From Ignavibacteriota bacterium (lineage in GTDB: Bacteria; Bacteroidota; Ignavibacteria; UBA10030; CAVZMI01): a DNA stretch of 64,000 nt. Positions 42,769 through 52,371 of the stretch are shown piece by piece. The position numbers and the translations under genes are program-made. The stretch spans positions 1-64,000 of the forward strand of contig CAVZMI010000015.1 in the NCBI GenBank assembly GCA_963776275.1, written 5' to 3'. Below the pieces are notes generated by a model that did no database searches, was not told where the DNA came from, and saw nothing but the letters and a program-made list of their open reading frames with translations. Numbering within the stretch: position 1 is the first letter of the stretch; the number at the start of each line of letters is the position of its first letter.

Positions 42769-43854
42769 GTGAAAGTAATTTTTGCCGGTGGTGGAACGGG
42801 AGGACACGTCTTCCCGGCGATAGCGATAGCAGATGAAGTTAAAAAGCTTGACCCATCGTCTGAGATATTGTTCGTCGGGACAAAGGAACGGATTGAGTCG
42901 AGGCTTGTTCCACAGAAAGGATATCCGTTCCGGACAATCTGGATCAGCGGTTTTCGCCGGAAACTCTCTCTGGATAATCTTCTGTTTCCATTGAAAGTTC
43001 TGGTCTCGCTCATGCAGTCGTTCATATTACTTAAGAGCGAGAAGCCCGATGTTGTGGTCGGCACGGGAGGATATGTCTGTGGTCCCGTGTTGTACGTTGC
43101 ATCGATTCTGGAAATCCCGACGGTTGTGCAGGAACAGAATAGTCTGCCCGGTGTAACAACACGATTGCTAAGCAGGCGCGCGACGGAGGTTCATCTTATG
43201 TTTGAGTCGGCTGTCCGGTATCTGAAACGGAGCGATAATGTAAAAATTACAGGGAATCCGACTCGTGAGATTCTTGGAAGTATTTCAAGAAAAGATGCGC
43301 TGCACTATTTCGGATTTGTTGGATCGAAAAAGACATTGCTGGTATTGGGGGGAAGCCTTGGCGCTCTTTCAATTAATAATGCAGTCGTACGGTGTCTGAA
43401 AGATTTTGGGAATGCGGGAATTCAAATCATTTGGCAGACCGGCGAGCAGGATTATGAACGTGTCAGGTCACTGACCGGAGAATTCCCGGACGTGAAAGTG
43501 TTCAAGTTCATTGAATCAATGGAGTATGCCTATGCAGCCGCTGATCTCACGCTTTGTCGTGCCGGTGCAATCACAATTGCCGAATTGACACGGCTGGGTG
43601 TACCGACTGTGCTTATTCCGTATCCGTATGCGGCCGCAAATCATCAGGTAGAAAATGCAAAAGCTATAGTGAAAGCTCATGCTGCCGAGATGATTATGGA
43701 CCATGAAACAGATCGGAAAACATGCGAAATGGTACTCAGTCTGATCCGTGATGATGCACGATTAAAAACAATGCATGAAAACAGTTTGATGCTCGGCAAA
43801 CCGGCTGCGGCAAAAGATATTGCCCGATCAGTGGTTGCACTGGGTCATCGATGA
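42769..43854 (+). CDS. murG: Lipid II GlcNAc transferase
   Basis: GGGTGGHVFP, GGYV, EQN, GNP.R, GGSLGA, RAGA and HQ..NA motifs. Confidence 0.97.
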   Translation: MKVIFAGGGTGGHVFPAIAIADEVKKLDPSSEILFVGTKERIESRLVPQKGYPFRTIWISGFRRKLSLDNLLFPLKVLVSLMQSFILLKSEKPDVVVGTGGYVCGPVLYVASILEIPTVVQEQNSLPGVTTRLLSRRATEVHLMFESAVRYLKRSDNVKITGNPTREILGSISRKDALHYFGFVGSKKTLLVLGGSLGALSINNAVVRCLKDFGNAGIQIIWQTGEQDYERVRSLTGEFPDVKVFKFIESMEYAYAAADLTLCRAGAITIAELTRLGVPTVLIPYPYAAANHQVENAKAIVKAHAAEMIMDHETDRKTCEMVLSLIRDDARLKTMHENSLMLGKPAAAKDIARSVVALGHR

Positions 43855-44345
43855 TGGAAGAACAAAAAAACATATATCGATATAAACTCGACTTCTACTA
43901 CCAGCAGTTGATCATCTATCTCGTAACATTGATCGTCTATGCCGGAGTCCGGGGAACATTTTCTGTTGATGGTTTTACGGTAGTATGGCGTGATCCAATT
44001 CTTTATATCATTCTGATTTTCGTTCTCATTTCGTCTGTTGTACTAATTCTCAATCGTATTCGGGATAAGAAATTGATAATTGAGAATGAAGCCATGGTCT
44101 TTAAGAACCGCTTTCATGAAATGCGTGTAGAATTAAACAACATTGAATGGATGCACATCGGCCGGGAACGTCATGTCCAGACAAGCGGCCGATTTCAGGT
44201 GGTTGTGATAAAGATGAAACACCGGCGCCGCACACTGCGCATTCGTATGGGCCGGTATGAACGGGACAAGGAACTTATTATTGAAATGCAGCGGATTGCT
44301 TTGAAAGTACCCAAAGGACGCCAAAGGCGATTCGGTCTGCGTTGA
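43851..44345 (+). CDS. Hypothetical two-TM membrane protein with basic cytoplasmic beta-rich domain
   Basis: Overlaps the murG stop (ATGA) and abuts murC; two hydrophobic segments followed by an Arg/Lys-rich domain. Confidence 0.75.
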   Translation: MMEEQKNIYRYKLDFYYQQLIIYLVTLIVYAGVRGTFSVDGFTVVWRDPILYIILIFVLISSVVLILNRIRDKKLIIENEAMVFKNRFHEMRVELNNIEWMHIGRERHVQTSGRFQVVVIKMKHRRRTLRIRMGRYERDKELIIEMQRIALKVPKGRQRRFGLR

Positions 44346-44353
44346 AAGGACAT

Positions 44354-45739
44354 ATGTTTAGCAGCATTAAAAAATTGCATTTTATCGGGATCGGGGGCAT
44401 CGGGATGAGCGGCATCGCAGAGATCTTGATCGACCAGGGATTTGTTATTTCGGGGTCGGACAGAATGGCAAGCGAGGTCACTGAACATCTGAAGTCCCTC
44501 GGTGCAAAAATCTATATCGGGCATAGCCCGAAGAATGTCGACATCGACGTTGATGTTGTTGTATATTCTTCGGCTGTCACGATGGATAATCCAGAAGTGG
44601 TGGAGGCACTGCAGCGAAAAATTCCGACGGTTCGCCGTGCCGAGATGCTCGCCGAGCTGACACGGCTAAAATATAGCATCGGAGTTGCAGGAACCCATGG
44701 AAAAACAACGACTACGTCGATGATCAGCCTGGTCCTTATGTCCGGCGATCTTGATCCGACGGTTGTCGTCGGCGGAAAGCTGAGCGGACTCGGCGGAACA
44801 AATGCACGACTAGGTAAAGGAGAATTTATCGTCGTCGAAGCAGATGAATTTGATCGTTCATTCCTCTCGTTGACACCAACAATAGCAGTGCTCACAACGC
44901 TCGAGACCGATCATCTTGATTGTTACCGTGATCTCGAAGATATCAAAGGGGCATTTCTCCAGTTTGCGGAGAAAGTTCCGTTCTACGGCTTTGTAGTTCT
45001 TTGCCTCGATGAACCGGCATTACAGGATATTATGCCCCAGATTGCAAAAAAGAAAATCATCACCTATGGTATCAATCCACAGGCCGATTTGCAGGCGGTG
45101 GACATTGTTGCCAAGGGAAATACAACGACCTTTACTGTGATGCATGAATATGCAGAACTTGGTCTCGTGAAATTGCAGGTGCCGGGGCTTCATAATATCC
45201 AGAATGCACTGGCGGCGATTGCAGTAGGACTCGAACTCGGTGTGCCGTTCATGAAAGTGAAAGACGGTCTTGAAAGATTTGCCGGAGTGTATCGCCGATG
45301 GGAGTTGAAATCTGAAGCACACGGCATCAGTGTATATGACGATTACGCGCACCATCCTACCGAAATCAAAGCGACGCTTCAGGGCGTCAAAGCCGGATGG
45401 CGGCGCCGGGTCATCTGTGTGTTTCAACCGCATCTGTATTCGCGAACGCGTGATTTTGCCGAGGAATTTGGTCGCTCATTTTTCAATGCCGATATCCTTA
45501 TAGTGACCGATATTTATCCGGCCCGGGAAGAACCGATTCAGGGTGTTAGCGGTATGTCAATTACCGAAACTGCGCATCGATTCGGCCATAAAGAAGTCCA
45601 TTACGTTCCCGATAAAGCAAAAGTACCGGATTTTCTTTTGTCGATCGTGCGGAACGATGACATAGTGATTACCATGGGCGCCGGCGATATTTGGAAATAT
45701 GGTGAACAGTTCATTAAAAAACTTGCCTTGAAGCCATAA
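44354..45739 (+). CDS. murC: UDP-MurNAc:L-Ala ligase
   Basis: HFIGIGGIGMSG, GTHGKTTT, EADEFD, DDYAHHPTE, FQPH and MGAG motifs. Confidence 0.97.
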   Translation: MFSSIKKLHFIGIGGIGMSGIAEILIDQGFVISGSDRMASEVTEHLKSLGAKIYIGHSPKNVDIDVDVVVYSSAVTMDNPEVVEALQRKIPTVRRAEMLAELTRLKYSIGVAGTHGKTTTTSMISLVLMSGDLDPTVVVGGKLSGLGGTNARLGKGEFIVVEADEFDRSFLSLTPTIAVLTTLETDHLDCYRDLEDIKGAFLQFAEKVPFYGFVVLCLDEPALQDIMPQIAKKKIITYGINPQADLQAVDIVAKGNTTTFTVMHEYAELGLVKLQVPGLHNIQNALAAIAVGLELGVPFMKVKDGLERFAGVYRRWELKSEAHGISVYDDYAHHPTEIKATLQGVKAGWRRRVICVFQPHLYSRTRDFAEEFGRSFFNADILIVTDIYPAREEPIQGVSGMSITETAHRFGHKEVHYVPDKAKVPDFLLSIVRNDDIVITMGAGDIWKYGEQFIKKLALKP

Positions 45740-45764
45740 ACTTATACGCCTTTGGCGTAAAAAA

Positions 45765-46580
45765 ATGACTGAAGATATTAACAGTATACCACAAAGAAAA
45801 CAAGAGTCTCTACCGAAGACGCAGAAGAAAAAAGAAATCGCAGGATTCCTGCTTCTTGTCATCGGTATTGCGGTGATTGCCGGCGGTGAAATCGGCTGGC
45901 GCCAAGAATTAACGGTCGATACGATTGCTATCGAAGGAAATCACGTTGTCCCTGCGCATGAAATTATATCATTGGCAAATATCGTTGCCGGCTCGAAACT
46001 CTCGACAATCAAATTGACTGTAATTCGTGAGCGTATTTTGCAGAATGCATTTATCAAAGAGGTTACAATACGACGTGATCTCCCGGGAGACATTGTTATT
46101 TCTGTCGTTGAACGTACGCCGGTTGCCTTTATAAATGCCGACCAGTTGATAAGCTGCGATGCAGAGGGAATAGTTATGCCGCATATGATGTCTGCCGAAG
46201 TGGTGAATCTCCCGGTTATTTCTGGGATTCAAAATACGGAGAGATTGCAGCAGGGGAAAGCAATAGAAGATACTATTACACGCGAAGCTCTAACATTGCT
46301 GTTGTATGCAGCAGAAATCGATTCATCGGTGTTTCAAATGATATCTGAAGTTTGCGCGATTAACGGTGGTGAAATGGTAATATACACCACCGACTACGGT
46401 GTACCGGTTATGATCGGCCACGGGAGAATAGCAGAGAAAATAGCAATACTCTCATCATTCTGGAAAGAAGTAATACGTCCTGGAACTAGTCGATCACTCG
46501 AATCGATAAACGTCCGGTTTCAGGATCAGGTGGTTGTCCGTTGGGCGGATAACGCCCGGACATCAACACAACCGGGATAA
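45765..46580 (+). CDS. ftsQ: Cell division protein FtsQ/DivIB
   Basis: TM plus POTRA domain (IEGN...), ERTPVA and the C-terminal NVRFQDQVVV; lies before ftsA. Confidence 0.88.
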   Translation: MTEDINSIPQRKQESLPKTQKKKEIAGFLLLVIGIAVIAGGEIGWRQELTVDTIAIEGNHVVPAHEIISLANIVAGSKLSTIKLTVIRERILQNAFIKEVTIRRDLPGDIVISVVERTPVAFINADQLISCDAEGIVMPHMMSAEVVNLPVISGIQNTERLQQGKAIEDTITREALTLLLYAAEIDSSVFQMISEVCAINGGEMVIYTTDYGVPVMIGHGRIAEKIAILSSFWKEVIRPGTSRSLESINVRFQDQVVVRWADNARTSTQPG

Positions 46581-46601
46581 GTGTTTCATGAGGAATGAAG
46601 C

Positions 46602-47880
46602 ATGGAAGAAATTATTGTTGGACTTGACATAGGCACAACAAAAGTATGTGCAATTGTGGCATCGACCGAAGCAAGTGATGATGGAGCAGTTGCTCCGGGT
46701 GAACCGGCAAAGCACGGGCGGATTAACATTCTCGGTATCGGACGGAGTGTCTCCGACGGTCTTACACGCGGTGTCGTGACCAATATAGACAAAACGGTCC
46801 GCTCGATTCAATCTGCAGTCGCCGACGCAGAATCGCAGTCCGGCATAAAAATCAACTCGGTCACGGTGGGCATAGCAGGCGATCATATCCAAAGCTTTCA
46901 GAGCCGGGGCGTGATTGCCATCAGCGGGTCCGGAAAAAGAAATCACGCAGGCCGATGTCGATCGGTTGATCGAAGATACGAAACGTGTTGCGCTTCCGGC
47001 AGACAGGAAAATTATTCATGTAATTCCTCAGGAATTTATAATTGACGGTCAGGATGGTGTGTACGATCCGGTCGGTATGTCGGGTGTACGCATGGAAGCC
47101 AATGTGCATATTATTACCGGATTAATCACGGCGGCACAGAATATTTATAAATGTGTCCAGCGTGCGAAACTCGAAGTGAGCGACATGGTTCTTGAACCAC
47201 TTGCATCAAGTTACGCCGTGCTGGATGAAGAGGAAAAAGAAGTCGGTGTGGCACTGCTCGATATCGGAGGCGGGACGACAGATCTCGCTGTGTTTGAAGA
47301 AAAGACAATTCGCCATACTGCGGTGATCGGCATTGCCGGTAAGAAAGTGACAGATGATATCCGAAAAGGACTCGGTATTCTCGGAGAACAGGCCGAAAAA
47401 TTAAAAATTGACCACGGATTTGCATATCAACCGTCTATTATCGATAACGAAACGATCATCCTGCCCGGTATCAGCGGTCGAGCGCCGATAGAACTCGATA
47501 AACAACTACTGTGTCAGATCATCCAACCGCGGATGGAAGAAATTCTGGAAATTTCAGCAATGGAAATTAAGAGATCGGGATATTCAAAGCATCTCTCGGC
47601 CGGAGTCGTGCTTACCGGCGGCGGCTCATTGATCAAAGGAACGGCGGAGCTTGCACGTGAAGTGCTGGGGATGACGACCAAAATCGGTATTCCCCAGGGA
47701 TTCTATGCAGGATTGGTTCGCGAGATCGAGAATCCGATCTATGCGACAGGTGTAGGACTTATTCTTCATACGCTGCGAAATAAAGATCGTTCAACACTCA
47801 ATGCCCTGAAAAATGGGAAGAGCGCACGTTCGAGCAGCAATATTTTTAAGAGAATGAAAATGTGGTTTGACGAATTATAA
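46602..47880 (+). CDS. ftsA: Cell division protein FtsA; apparent +1 G insertion at 46926-46928
   Basis: [32 protein letters not shown] and the C-terminal amphipathic helix KMWFDEL; removing one G gives [13 protein letters not shown]. Confidence 0.93.
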
Positions 47881-47911
47881 ATCATCAATCAATAACAGAA
47901 GGAGAGACAAC

Positions 47912-49081
47912 GTGATCGAACTTGCTAGTCCGTATGAGCGCGGCGCGAAAATCCGGGTCGTCGGCGTTGGTGGAGGCGGAGGAAATGCTGTTAATGGGAT
48001 GATCGACAAAGGTCTCACAGGCGTCGAGTTCATCGCCATTAATTGTGACCTGCAGGCGCTTGATCGCAACAAAGCTCCAAATAAAATTCAGATCGGAAAG
48101 AATTTGACCCGTGGTTTGGGAGCCGGATCTGATCCTTCGATCGGTCATCGTGCCGTTGAAGAAGATCGTGAAGAAATCGCCAGATTTCTTAGCGGCAGCG
48201 ATATGGTCTTCGTAACCGCAGGTATGGGCGGCGGAACGGGGACAGGCGGCGCACCGCTGGTGGCAAATATCGCGAAAAGCGTCGGTGCCTTGGTCGTCAG
48301 CATTGTAACGAAACCGTTCAACTGCGAAGGGAAGAAACGCCTTCAACAATCAGAGATAGGAATTGAGGAACTGAAGAAGCAGGTCGACACGCTGATCGTT
48401 ATTCCAAATCAGAAGCTCCTGTCGATTGTTGAGCGCATGACGCCGCTGCTGGAGGCCTTTGCGGTTGCCGATCAGGTGCTGTACAATGCTACACGCGGCA
48501 TCTCAGAGCTGATAACGGTGCCGGGTTTAATCAACGTTGATTTTGCCGATGTCCGCACCATCATGCGTGAAATGGGTGACGCGATCATGGGTTCGGGTGT
48601 TGCAACCGGGGAACACCGGGCGACCGAAGCGGCGAATAATGCTATATCTAGTCCGCTGCTCGACGGAGTTTCAATTGCCGGTGCGCAGGGTGTGCTGGTC
48701 AATGTCACCGGCGGAAGGGATATGTCGCTTGCCGAGCTTGACGAAGCGACGTCGATCATCCACGATGCTGCAGGCGATGATGCTAATGTCATACTCGGTG
48801 CAGTGGTCGATGATACGTTCACAGACGAGATCATGGTGACGGTGATTGCGACAGGCTTCGGTAAGAAGGCGGCAGCAATACGTCCGCCAAAAGCTGCAAC
48901 AAAGATGCTCGACCGTATCCCGACAGGATTGCAGGAATTACAGAAGCTTGATGAGCCGACATTTATCCGGAAGGGAATTCCGCTTTCGATTAATGCATTT
49001 CAGGCGAACGAGAATGCGGGTCAGAAAATAGATAAAGCCGATCCAGAAAAGCCGGCGTTCCTGCGAAAAATTATGGATTAG
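47912..49081 (+). CDS. ftsZ: Cell division protein FtsZ
   Basis: [30 protein letters not shown] and C-terminal PAFLRK; GTG start after AAGGAG. Confidence 0.98.
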   Translation: MIELASPYERGAKIRVVGVGGGGGNAVNGMIDKGLTGVEFIAINCDLQALDRNKAPNKIQIGKNLTRGLGAGSDPSIGHRAVEEDREEIARFLSGSDMVFVTAGMGGGTGTGGAPLVANIAKSVGALVVSIVTKPFNCEGKKRLQQSEIGIEELKKQVDTLIVIPNQKLLSIVERMTPLLEAFAVADQVLYNATRGISELITVPGLINVDFADVRTIMREMGDAIMGSGVATGEHRATEAANNAISSPLLDGVSIAGAQGVLVNVTGGRDMSLAELDEATSIIHDAAGDDANVILGAVVDDTFTDEIMVTVIATGFGKKAAAIRPPKAATKMLDRIPTGLQELQKLDEPTFIRKGIPLSINAFQANENAGQKIDKADPEKPAFLRKIMD

Positions 49082-49130
49082 GTCGGAAGTAAAAAGCATC
49101 CAATAGTTGGTCAGGTGTACAGAATTTCAT

Positions 49131-49173
49131 AAGGCAAGATGTTCCTTGAATAGAGGAGCATGCTTGCCTTTTT
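49131..49173 (+). terminator. Intrinsic terminator after ftsZ
   Basis: AAGGCAAG-ATGTTCCT...AGGAGCAT-G-CTTGCCTT followed by TTT. Confidence 0.75.
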
Positions 49174-49711
49174 ATTTGACTTTCTTATACCAATCGTTTA
49201 ACTTTTTGCGAAGTGCGTATTGCAAATCACATATTACTCATATTCCGGCTCTATTTTACAATTGTATAAAGAATCTCCAGATTTTAAACAATTGTTTATC
49301 ATTCTTAAGGAAAAACCGGCTGTAGGTAATATTGCCCCTGCTGATTGGCCGGAGAAAATGTACGCGTATGATAAAAAATCTTGTTCGTTATCTCACTTAC
49401 CATTGAGTGATAATGCGTTTACAACAATTAGAAAAATGTTATGGGAAAAATAAAATCTACTTATTTCGCATCTCCTCCTTTTGAGTAACTTATTCGGCGA
49501 ATCTGGCGGGTCCTGATAATATTATGGAGATAATTCAGTTTTCCTGTCCAAGACTTTATATTAGAACTTCCGGAAAAATCTAGGATTTATTTTGCGGTTT
49601 TTTAGATAGATTTTTATACTTGAAATTCTACAATTATTTCTGTAAAGTCTCTCAAGCATATGGTTTAAGAAAGATGTCAATATTATGATTAATTCCTTAG
49701 AGAGGTGTCTT

Positions 49712-50581
49712 ATGAGAAAATATGCATTGGTTATTTTCCTTGTTACTCTCTGCATTATCATTTCGGATAATCTGCTGGCACAGAAAAAACCTAAAAATCC
49801 GACGCCACAGGCACCGGTAACTTCACCGACACTGGAACCGGCACCGGTAATACCGCAGTCGGGTATTCGTGATAAGAAAGGAAATGCGATTGAGCCCGAT
49901 ATGATTCTCATCCCGGCCGGCTCATTCATGATGGGAAGCGATAGTAATGAAACGAATGAAAAACCGGCCCACCAAGTAACCCTTAATGCCTTTTATATTG
50001 GTAAGTTTGAAATTACAAACAGACAATATAAGGCATTTATCGAATTCACAGGACTCAAACCTCCGTCAACATGGGAAGACGGAAATTTTCCGGAACAACT
50101 TGCCGATCATCCTATTACTGGAATTACATGGGAAGACGCATACGCTTACTGCGACTGGCTGAGCGATTTCGCGAAGAAAAAGTATCGACTTCCCACAGAA
50201 GCAGAATGGGAGCGTGCTGCACGTGGCGGACTAAAAGAGATGAAATTCCCGTGGGGGAATGATATCAACAAGCTCCGCGCAAATTTCGGAAAGAATTATT
50301 CCGAAGGAACGACTCCAGCAGGAAAAATTAAACCGAATGAATTCGGCGTATGCGACATGGCAGGCAATGTCGCTGAATGGACGGCTGATTGGTTCTTAGA
50401 TGAGTACTACGCGCAAAGTTCGAAAGAAAATCCAAAAGGACCCGACAATGGAAGTAAAAAAGTAGTGCGCGGCGGTTCTTGGCGTGACGATCCGGAAGAT
50501 ATAAGAGTCTCGGTGAGAAAATATGAAAGTCCGACATCGGCGAGCGAGTATATCGGGTTCCGTGTGGTAAGAGAAAAATGA
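49712..50581 (+). CDS. Secreted FGE-sulfatase (SUMF1/EgtB/PvdO-fold) domain protein lacking the catalytic cysteines
   Basis: IPAGSFMMGS, E.PAHQV, RLPTEAEWE.AARGG, DMAGNVAEW, RGGSW and GFRVV motifs; signal peptide plus Pro-rich linker. Confidence 0.9.
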   Translation: MRKYALVIFLVTLCIIISDNLLAQKKPKNPTPQAPVTSPTLEPAPVIPQSGIRDKKGNAIEPDMILIPAGSFMMGSDSNETNEKPAHQVTLNAFYIGKFEITNRQYKAFIEFTGLKPPSTWEDGNFPEQLADHPITGITWEDAYAYCDWLSDFAKKKYRLPTEAEWERAARGGLKEMKFPWGNDINKLRANFGKNYSEGTTPAGKIKPNEFGVCDMAGNVAEWTADWFLDEYYAQSSKENPKGPDNGSKKVVRGGSWRDDPEDIRVSVRKYESPTSASEYIGFRVVREK

Positions 50582-50689
50582 GGAAAAGATACTTACAATC
50601 AGATCAATGGTTAGATGCCGATATCCATCGATATGAAAATTACAATTTTTAAATCGGCTATATCGGGTTTCAAGTCGTAAGGTAGGGAT

Positions 50690-50731
50690 AAAAAAACACC
50701 CCGCGAATTTAAAATAATCGCGGGGTGTGTT
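50690..50731. terminator. Bidirectional terminator
   Basis: A-run-CACCCCGCGA...TCGCGGGGTG between convergent genes. Confidence 0.8.
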
Positions 50732-50749
50732 GTGAAAAGCATATTACAT

Positions 50750-51157
50750 TTACTCGGCAGCTTTCTTCGCTGATTTGCTTCTTTGGATGCGTTCTCCCAG
50801 CCATGCTCCTAACAAGGAGAATACAAAAATAATCAGCAATGTAAGAACTGGTTTGCTACCGGTGCCCAATGGAACTGATACAGTGAGTCCAAGCTCGGTC
50901 ATAATATATAAAAGAGCTGAAACAATAACTGCGGCAATTACAATTTCCCATATGGTTACGCCTTTGGAAAGATACCCTGCAATTGCAGCAATCAGAAAGA
51001 CACCGGCTACCGCCCAAATCCTGGCGGCTACTTCCGTGCTCAATACTCCTCCTTGCATGATTAGGAGAACGAGAACATAGAGCACGACGTACATGACAAG
51101 CGAAATCACAACCCACTTCCATTGGAACTTCTTTAATGAACCCGCTTGATCTGCCAT
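50750..51157 (-). CDS. Hypothetical 4-TM membrane protein
   Basis: Four hydrophobic segments, GAGGAGG RBS, 'S.G.TIWE' and 'GAWLGER' motifs. Confidence 0.8.
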   Translation of the reverse strand: MADQAGSLKKFQWKWVVISLVMYVVLYVLVLLIMQGGVLSTEVAARIWAVAGVFLIAAIAGYLSKGVTIWEIVIAAVIVSALLYIMTELGLTVSVPLGTGSKPVLTLLIIFVFSLLGAWLGERIQRSKSAKKAAE

Positions 51158-51548
51158 TGTGGATCCTCCTCTTAGATGTGGCTGTTCGGTTAATTAATAT
51201 CTAGAGACCCTCCAACTAAATCAATATCTAGAAAAGGTGTGTTTTTCGATGCTATAATATATTCCTAATCCAATAATTTATGTAACCCCGGATACCGAAT
51301 ATTGCTTAAACTCGCCCGATGTTAGAGTCCGATTCTATTTGAAGGCGTCTAAACCTTCAGCCTACGGCGTCGGCGATGGAGCGCTTTAACGTATATATGT
51401 TTCTAGTACAAGTGAAAAGCAAAAATAGTGTGATCGTTCTCGTCGGTTGCATCTCGGTGGTCTATGTTCTACGGTACGAAGATTTTATAAGGATTGGTCG
51501 ATGTACCATCCCACTGTATTTGATCTTGATTGGAACCGTAGTAGGGTG

Positions 51549-51577
51549 AGTATATAAAGAGTAGAGGAAAAATGCAA
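51549..51577 (-). promoter_or_regulatory. Sigma70-type promoter, copy C
   Basis: TTGCAT-ttttcctctactcttta(17)-TATACT on the minus strand. Confidence 0.65.
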
Positions 51578-51893
51578 GCAATTAAAATATGTTTGATATC
51601 TTTTTTATTTAATTTTTTGCGAACCTCTATCAACAGCCAATGGTCGCCTTAATATTATCCGGTTTCTTCGAATATTTTGAGGAATTATATGCAAAATTGA
51701 GCTTTTTTCTCCGCTATTTCTCCAAGCTCCTTTTTTCCTCGAGAACAATCAAGTTCGTAAAAGTCCCCCTTTTTCTTCAAAAAAGGGAAAAAGGGTCTTG
51801 CCGTACTTTGTTACACGTTCATATTTTGCATCACCAAAAATGATTCCCGGAATACCTTATATTCAGCTGATTGATGTTAATTATCCAGTATTC

Positions 51894-52085
51894 TCACTTC
51901 TCTTTCTCGAATATGACGACAAGTTCTTCTCTCGCAGCGCCGATGGATGGAATGGTATCGGTGGCAATTGCTATGACCTCCCATCCTTCCGCTGCGTATG
52001 CATTGAGGGCGGCTTCAAGCTTGTCAGAGTCAAACTTACCGCTGAAAAATTTGTCTTTCTGAGTCATTACTTTGTACTGTTTCAT
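51894..52085 (-). CDS. DUF4177-like small protein
   Basis: MKQYKV...FSGKFD..KLE.ALN.YA.EGW...IFEK pattern; GGAG RBS. Confidence 0.8.
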   Translation of the reverse strand: MKQYKVMTQKDKFFSGKFDSDKLEAALNAYAAEGWEVIAIATDTIPSIGAAREELVVIFEKEK

Positions 52086-52309
52086 GGTGGCTCCTTATGG
52101 AGAATGTTGAATTTATCGCTGACAACAAAGTATTGTGCTGTGTAAAGATTGTATCTCTATCCACCGTGGAAAACTCATTTGTATGTACATAATTCTTTTT
52201 TCTCTGAAAGTCAAACCGATATTTAATCGAGCGATGTCAGTTAAAAACGGTTGAAAAACGGATGGATAATTCATTTATAAAATAACATTTACCTTTAAAA
52301 ATTAGGTAC

Positions 52310-52338
52310 TTGACATTTTATTAAGTAGGATGTAATAT
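52310..52338 (+). promoter_or_regulatory. Sigma70-type promoter for the DUF3160 gene
   Basis: TTGACA-N17-TAATAT just upstream of the start at 52372. Confidence 0.55.
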
Positions 52339-52371
52339 TGAGTATAAGAGAATTTATAAGGCAGCAAAGCA

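Noticed and set aside
46582-46597. parS-like TGTTTCATGAGGAATG before ftsA
   Set aside because: Too many mismatches, and it overlaps the ftsA RBS.
49468-49474. Additional GAGATGC half-motifs (also about 31812)
   Set aside because: The second half of the bipartite motif and the associated promoter are absent.
49712-50581. Diversity-generating retroelement target (FGE/C-type lectin fold ending GFRVV)
   Set aside because: No template repeat or reverse transcriptase is visible in the window.
51372-51410. Fluoride (crcB) riboswitch suggested by GGCGATGGAG
   Set aside because: It lacks the closing CGCC and the GCTRATGAC...CTA segment, and there is no downstream + strand gene.
51640-52145. Plus-strand ORFs 51640-51843 and 51798-52145
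   Set aside because: Low-complexity or antisense to the DUF4177-like gene; no support.
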